Shown: positions 59,754 through 64,000 of the stretch, one piece after another | Numbering within the stretch: position 1 is the first letter of the stretch | Layout of the letters: each line of letters starts with the position of its first letter | Assembly (NCBI GenBank): GCA_963836235.1 | Contig: CAWIIP010000002.1 | Location: 1,568,001 to 1,632,000, forward strand | Direction: 5' to 3' | Length of the DNA: 64,000 nucleotides | Origin: an uncultured Pseudomonadota bacterium | GTDB lineage: Bacteria > Oederibacteriota > Muellerivitia > Muellerivitales > Muellerivitaceae | Translations under genes and position numbers: made by a program | Notes under the pieces: generated by a model | Seen by the model: the letters and a program-made list of their open reading frames with translations, nothing else | The model's database searches: none | What the model was told of the DNA's origin: nothing

Positions 59754-60992
59754 ATGACAAAAAAAAGAAAAGTTTTAAGTTTTAAATCCTTCCTTTCGGC
59801 TTTCGGAGGCTTTTCCCGCCGGAAGCCCATAAACCCCTGTAACCCAGAACCCAAAACTCAGAACTCAAAACTGAATGAGAAGGGCTGGACTCTGATCGAG
59901 CTGATGCTGGTCACGGCTTTGATCGCCATCATCACCCCGGCCATCACCTACCTTTTCAGCAAAGTCCAGCAGGGCATGGCCGCCGACGAAATGCACCTCC
60001 AACTGCAGTCCCTGAACGAGCAAACCATGCTTCGCATGCACGAAAAGCTGATCACCGGCCGCCATTTATTCCAGGGGGACTCCTCGGGTGTTTCCTATTT
60101 GGGATGCGTGACATTAGGCATGTCGTCCAACACCAAGAGCCTCTACCCGATCCTTACCGGCACCCAGCTGCCATCGGATTTTCCGGCCAGCCTTACCGCG
60201 TCCTTTTCCCCCTCCACGATCCTCGCGCCCTATTACGGCAACAGCATCCTCGTGGGTGGCTACGATACCCCCCAAACTTTCGGCACCAAAATTTATAACG
60301 CCCCTGCCACCGCCACCAGCACCGCCTCGATCCCGGTCATATATAGCAATGGGACTCTCGCCACGCAAATCATCGACCTTTACCGCTTTACCTACTATTA
60401 CCTGACGGCCAATAATCCCAGAACCCTGAGGGGCGTGCCGAGCTACGGGCTGGTGGAATGGCAGAGCGTCCAATTCGCCGATATGAACGAGATCAATGAA
60501 ATTACCGATCCCACCCTCCTTACCTGCGTCATCATGTGGCTGGAAACTCCTGGCAATGTTTCCCCCAATGACCCCAGCTATGCTGTGACCTGGGGCTGGG
60601 ATCCCACCCAGGCCGATCCTCAATCCTATCCCAGCCTTAATCAGGCGGCTTTTTACACCTTCAGCGGAGGCAACGCCAGTACGGCGAATTGGCCTGTCAC
60701 CATCCAAGAAGGAACTGTCACCTACTTGACCCATACTTCCTCCGGCCTCCTGAGCAACGGCTTTTTTTACGGGATCAGCCCCAACACCTCGCTTTGGGGC
60801 GGAACCCCGGACTCGGTGCCCGAATATGGGGTGAGCTCGGGCAGTTTTCCGGGCGGGTTCGAGACGGGAATTTCTGGAACCTCGGGAGGAACGGAAGTGA
60901 TGATTCGGTCCCTCCTGGTGGCGCAAGGTTCCGCCCCCCGGGTGGTTTGGAACGACCAGACGATGGTCAATAACGTGCGTAATATCTGGTAA
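59754..60992 (+). CDS. PilW-like prepilin protein with long leader and Trp at +1
   Basis: GAGG before ATG at 59754; NEKG|WTLIELMLVTALIAII. Confidence 0.82.
   Translation: MTKKRKVLSFKSFLSAFGGFSRRKPINPCNPEPKTQNSKLNEKGWTLIELMLVTALIAIITPAITYLFSKVQQGMAADEMHLQLQSLNEQTMLRMHEKLITGRHLFQGDSSGVSYLGCVTLGMSSNTKSLYPILTGTQLPSDFPASLTASFSPSTILAPYYGNSILVGGYDTPQTFGTKIYNAPATATSTASIPVIYSNGTLATQIIDLYRFTYYYLTANNPRTLRGVPSYGLVEWQSVQFADMNEINEITDPTLLTCVIMWLETPGNVSPNDPSYAVTWGWDPTQADPQSYPSLNQAAFYTFSGGNASTANWPVTIQEGTVTYLTHTSSGLLSNGFFYGISPNTSLWGGTPDSVPEYGVSSGSFPGGFETGISGTSGGTEVMIRSLLVAQGSAPRVVWNDQTMVNNVRNIW
59841..59875 (+). repeat. Heptamer tandem repeat inside the pilin leader
   Basis: AACCCAG AACCCAA AACTCAG AACTCAA AACTGAA. 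Confidence 0.7.
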
Positions 60993-61031
60993 GGGGCTTG
61001 AAAGCCCCGCCGGTAAACCTCAAAAGAAATT

Positions 61032-61139
61032 TGAACCACGAAGGCACGAAGGGCACCAAGAAAAGCAAAAAAACCGGACCTGTTTTCTAAAAAGATTCTT
61101 ACTGTTTTCTTTTGTCGTTCTTAGTGCCCTTGTGGTTCA
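61032..61139. repeat. REP-like inverted repeat built from CACGAAG(G) units
   Basis: TGAACCACGAAGGCACGAAGGGCACCAAGAA...TTCTTAGTGCCCTTGTGGTTCA. Confidence 0.7.
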
Positions 61140-61204
61140 TCAGGCCTTTTTGGGGTGTAAACCCTTTTCTTGATTAGCCCTAAAAAGAAGGATATTCTTA
61201 TTAA

Positions 61205-64000
61205 ATGGATTCAAAACCGATGGTAAAACTTCCACCTAATCCTATTCGTTCATCCTTGTTTTCGTCTTTTCTCCTAGCCGCTTTTCTCCTGAGCCCTCTC
61301 CAAGCTTTGGCCGTCGACACCTTTAATTATGTGGTTCCCACCTCCCCTTACGCGGGAGTGACCTATCAAACGAACAGCCCGGTGACTTTTAACGTCCAGG
61401 CCCTGAGCGGGGCGTCCGTGGATAATGGTTTCAATGACGTGGTGACGGTGGGCCTCTACAACACCGCCACGAGCCAGTTGTCCGACCCCACAGCCGTCTT
61501 TGTTCCCAGCGGCCACGGGCCCGTCATCGGAGCGACCGCCCCCATGACCTTTCAAAGCGGGATATTGAATTTTGGCGTCACCCTGACCGCCGGGTCCAAT
61601 TCCATGCAGGTCAGCATTCAGGACGCCTCCATCACCGGTTCCACCGCCACTTATCCGGGAACCATGGGGAATGTGGGGGGGCCGGGTTATAACGTGGAAG
61701 GCTATTTCCAGCAGTATTTCCTGGCCACTTCCAGCGGAACCAGCATCCCCGCCTTTTATTCGCCCCTTCCCACCCCGGGCCCGACGGACCTGCTCCTGAC
61801 CAGCCCGGTCACGAATAACGCCAACTACACCTCGGTGACAGTGATCTCCGACATCGGCCTCACCAGCGCCGCCGCGGTGAGCAACTCCCTTTGTTTCGCG
61901 GTAACGGGAGTGACGGGGGGATACGCGGGGTTGAACGCGGGGGTATCGGTTGATTTACAGGCTTACCGGTCCAATCTCACCTCATCCGCCCCGGTTAGTT
62001 TTGAGGTGATCCTGGATTACAACGGAACTTTGACGGATTACAACACCCCGGACCTCAGCCAGGACACGGTTTATTCCGGGTCCATTCCCAACCTCGGCAG
62101 CAACAGCGCGGCGCCCAGCAGCTTTTTGACCAATCTTTCCACCGTCACCGGAATTTCCCCCCCGGCTTTCATGACCAACGGCCAGGTGATCCTGCGCTTT
62201 TGGACGGGCGCCGCCTCCACCAACACGGTCAATCTCGAGTGGAGCGACTACGAGGGCCAGGGATTTCTTTCTTCCATTATCGTTCCTTATTCCAACAGCA
62301 ACGTCCAGCCGGTGACGGCCGCCATGAGCCCCCCGGTCGTCCTGGACAGCGCCACCAACATTCCCGTGACCTATACCATCAACAACCAATATTCCTCGCC
62401 CATCAGCTACCTGACCATTCAAATTCCCACCAACAATCCCTCGGGTTCGGGAACACCCTTTAGCGTCAGCCTGCCCGGCTCCCTGGCCAGCCTTCCCGGC
62501 AGCAGCCTCGGCGTGCTCCAGGCCACCAATTCCGCCCCCGGGGCCATTACCTTGATTTCCGGGACGACTCCGATCGCAGTGGATCAGGTGATCCAAATTC
62601 CACTGACCATCACCTGTTCCAGCCAATCCAACGCCTGGGCTTTCCCCCTTCAGACAGTTTTATCCAACGCCGATATTAGCGTGCCTTCGGTTTCCGGCGG
62701 GGCGGTCATCACTTCCGAAGCGCCTCCGCCGGTTCCAGGGTCCTTCACGGCCTCGGCGGCCGCTTACATCACCCTCGGCGGCGGCAATGTGGCCCTCAAC
62801 TGGGGGCAAGTGACCCTTGATGGGGCCCTTGGTTATGTGCTCACGCGAAGCCCGGTGGGAGGCCTCTTCGCCAACTCCGTGACCCTTCCCAATGGGATGG
62901 TCGTGGCCAACGCGGTGACTCTTACCCCCAACAGCACCCTCAGTTACGTCGATTCCACGGCGGCCAACCTGACGGCTTATAACTATACCTTGACGGCCTT
63001 TAACGCCGTGGCCCAGTCGACGGTGCCAGCGACTGCCGGGCCGGTAACTCCCTATGCCGACCCAGGGCCTCCATCCGCCTTACAGGCCCTGACCGGCGGA
63101 GCGACAATCCAACTCAACTGGGCGACCCCCGTCGCCGTGCCCGGTTCCTATCCCGTGACGGGGTACCAAATTTACCGGGGAACCTCGCCGGGAGGCGAAA
63201 GCTCGACGCCCGTGGCCCAAGTGGGCCTGGTGACGACCTACAATGACCCGGGTTTAATCGCGGGAACCACTTATTACTATTACCTCTCCAGCATGGACAA
63301 TCAGTATAGCGGCGGAGCGACCTTTGGCCCCCACGACAGCGGGCCTTCCGCCCCCGTCACCGGATTCCCCAACGGCTGGCCTCCTACGGGGCTTACCCCC
63401 AGCCTGGTTTCACCCAGCATCCCCACGATTGGTTTAAGCTGGACGGCCCCCGATTCCACCCTTCTTTTGAACGGTCCGGTGACGAATTACCTGATTTACA
63501 AGGTTTTGGCTCCGGGAGTTCCGATTTATTACGCGTCGGTAGGCAGTAACGCCACGACCTTCGCGGACAGCACCGGCTTGGCCCAGGGGAACAGTTACAG
63601 CTACCAGGTGGCGGCCATCGACAGCGCGGGGGTGACTTCCAATCTTTCGAACCTGGCGACCCAGTCGGTCGGGCCCTCGGCGCCATTAGGCCTCAGTGCT
63701 ATCCCTTCCGCCAGCGGTGTTACCCTGACCTGGAATGCCAACCCGGGAACCCAAGGCGTCACCCAATATGTGGTCTATCAAAACGGTGTTTCCATTACCG
63801 CCACGGCGGGGGTCAGCTTCCTGGTTCCCTCCGCTACCGCCGTTCAGGGCCAAAACGACGGCTATACCTTGGCCGCCATCGGGGGAGGAGTTACCTCGCC
63901 TCTGTCCTTGGCCGTATCCTCGGCCTTGTTTCCCGTGGGGGAGACGGGCTTTACGGTCGCGGCGGCGCCCACCCCGAACACGACGGTCAACCTAAGCTGG
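61205..64000 (+). CDS. Large secreted fibronectin type III repeat protein (runs off window end)
   Basis: Manual translation is open for 932 codons; signal peptide ...LQALA-VD; FN3 motifs IQLNW...GYQIYRG...YND.GL..GTTYYY and LSW...YSYQVAAID. Confidence 0.88.
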   Translation, partial: MDSKPMVKLPPNPIRSSLFSSFLLAAFLLSPLQALAVDTFNYVVPTSPYAGVTYQTNSPVTFNVQALSGASVDNGFNDVVTVGLYNTATSQLSDPTAVFVPSGHGPVIGATAPMTFQSGILNFGVTLTAGSNSMQVSIQDASITGSTATYPGTMGNVGGPGYNVEGYFQQYFLATSSGTSIPAFYSPLPTPGPTDLLLTSPVTNNANYTSVTVISDIGLTSAAAVSNSLCFAVTGVTGGYAGLNAGVSVDLQAYRSNLTSSAPVSFEVILDYNGTLTDYNTPDLSQDTVYSGSIPNLGSNSAAPSSFLTNLSTVTGISPPAFMTNGQVILRFWTGAASTNTVNLEWSDYEGQGFLSSIIVPYSNSNVQPVTAAMSPPVVLDSATNIPVTYTINNQYSSPISYLTIQIPTNNPSGSGTPFSVSLPGSLASLPGSSLGVLQATNSAPGAITLISGTTPIAVDQVIQIPLTITCSSQSNAWAFPLQTVLSNADISVPSVSGGAVITSEAPPPVPGSFTASAAAYITLGGGNVALNWGQVTLDGALGYVLTRSPVGGLFANSVTLPNGMVVANAVTLTPNSTLSYVDSTAANLTAYNYTLTAFNAVAQSTVPATAGPVTPYADPGPPSALQALTGGATIQLNWATPVAVPGSYPVTGYQIYRGTSPGGESSTPVAQVGLVTTYNDPGLIAGTTYYYYLSSMDNQYSGGATFGPHDSGPSAPVTGFPNGWPPTGLTPSLVSPSIPTIGLSWTAPDSTLLLNGPVTNYLIYKVLAPGVPIYYASVGSNATTFADSTGLAQGNSYSYQVAAIDSAGVTSNLSNLATQSVGPSAPLGLSAIPSASGVTLTWNANPGTQGVTQYVVYQNGVSITATAGVSFLVPSATAVQGQNDGYTLAAIGGGVTSPLSLAVSSALFPVGETGFTVAAAPTPNTTVNLSW

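Noticed and set aside
56174-60926. Long antisense ORFs (284, 446, 270 aa) and similar shadow ORFs across the window
   Set aside because: They mirror the codon bias of real genes on the opposite strand and have no motifs.

Overview
Bacterial chromosomal window, about 50 genes. I found no rRNA, tRNA, CRISPR array or intact transposase. Housekeeping genes are prfC, gcvT/gcvH/gcvP, ppk2, an RNB nuclease, lexA, radC, fabI and xth. They are interleaved with many cell-surface genes: four paralogous GT-C (PMT/ArnT-like) membrane glycosyltransferases with TPR-like tails, a TMEM260/DUF2723-like transferase, several exported proteins with Thr-x-Thr/Pro tracts, and a minor-pilin cluster. That cluster has an apparently split PilX, a 1347-aa prepilin, a PilW-like protein with Trp at +1, and a large FN3 protein cut by the window end. 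The gene style is reminiscent of candidate phylum FCPU426 (inference, unverified). Main leads: (1) a candidate expanded protein O-glycosylation system with its TxT acceptors; (2) a lexA operon with a catalytically dead Y1/RAYT-like transposase and a radical SAM enzyme, behind a symmetric divergent promoter with a candidate ATAC-N4-GTAT SOS box; (3) two 147-bp TTAA-bounded structured elements with covarying stems; (4) a fused but frameshifted gcvPA-gcvPB; (5) an in-frame TGA in a Cys-rich gene. Family calls come from motifs read by eye; no database searches were run. Three single-base lesions could be assembly errors.
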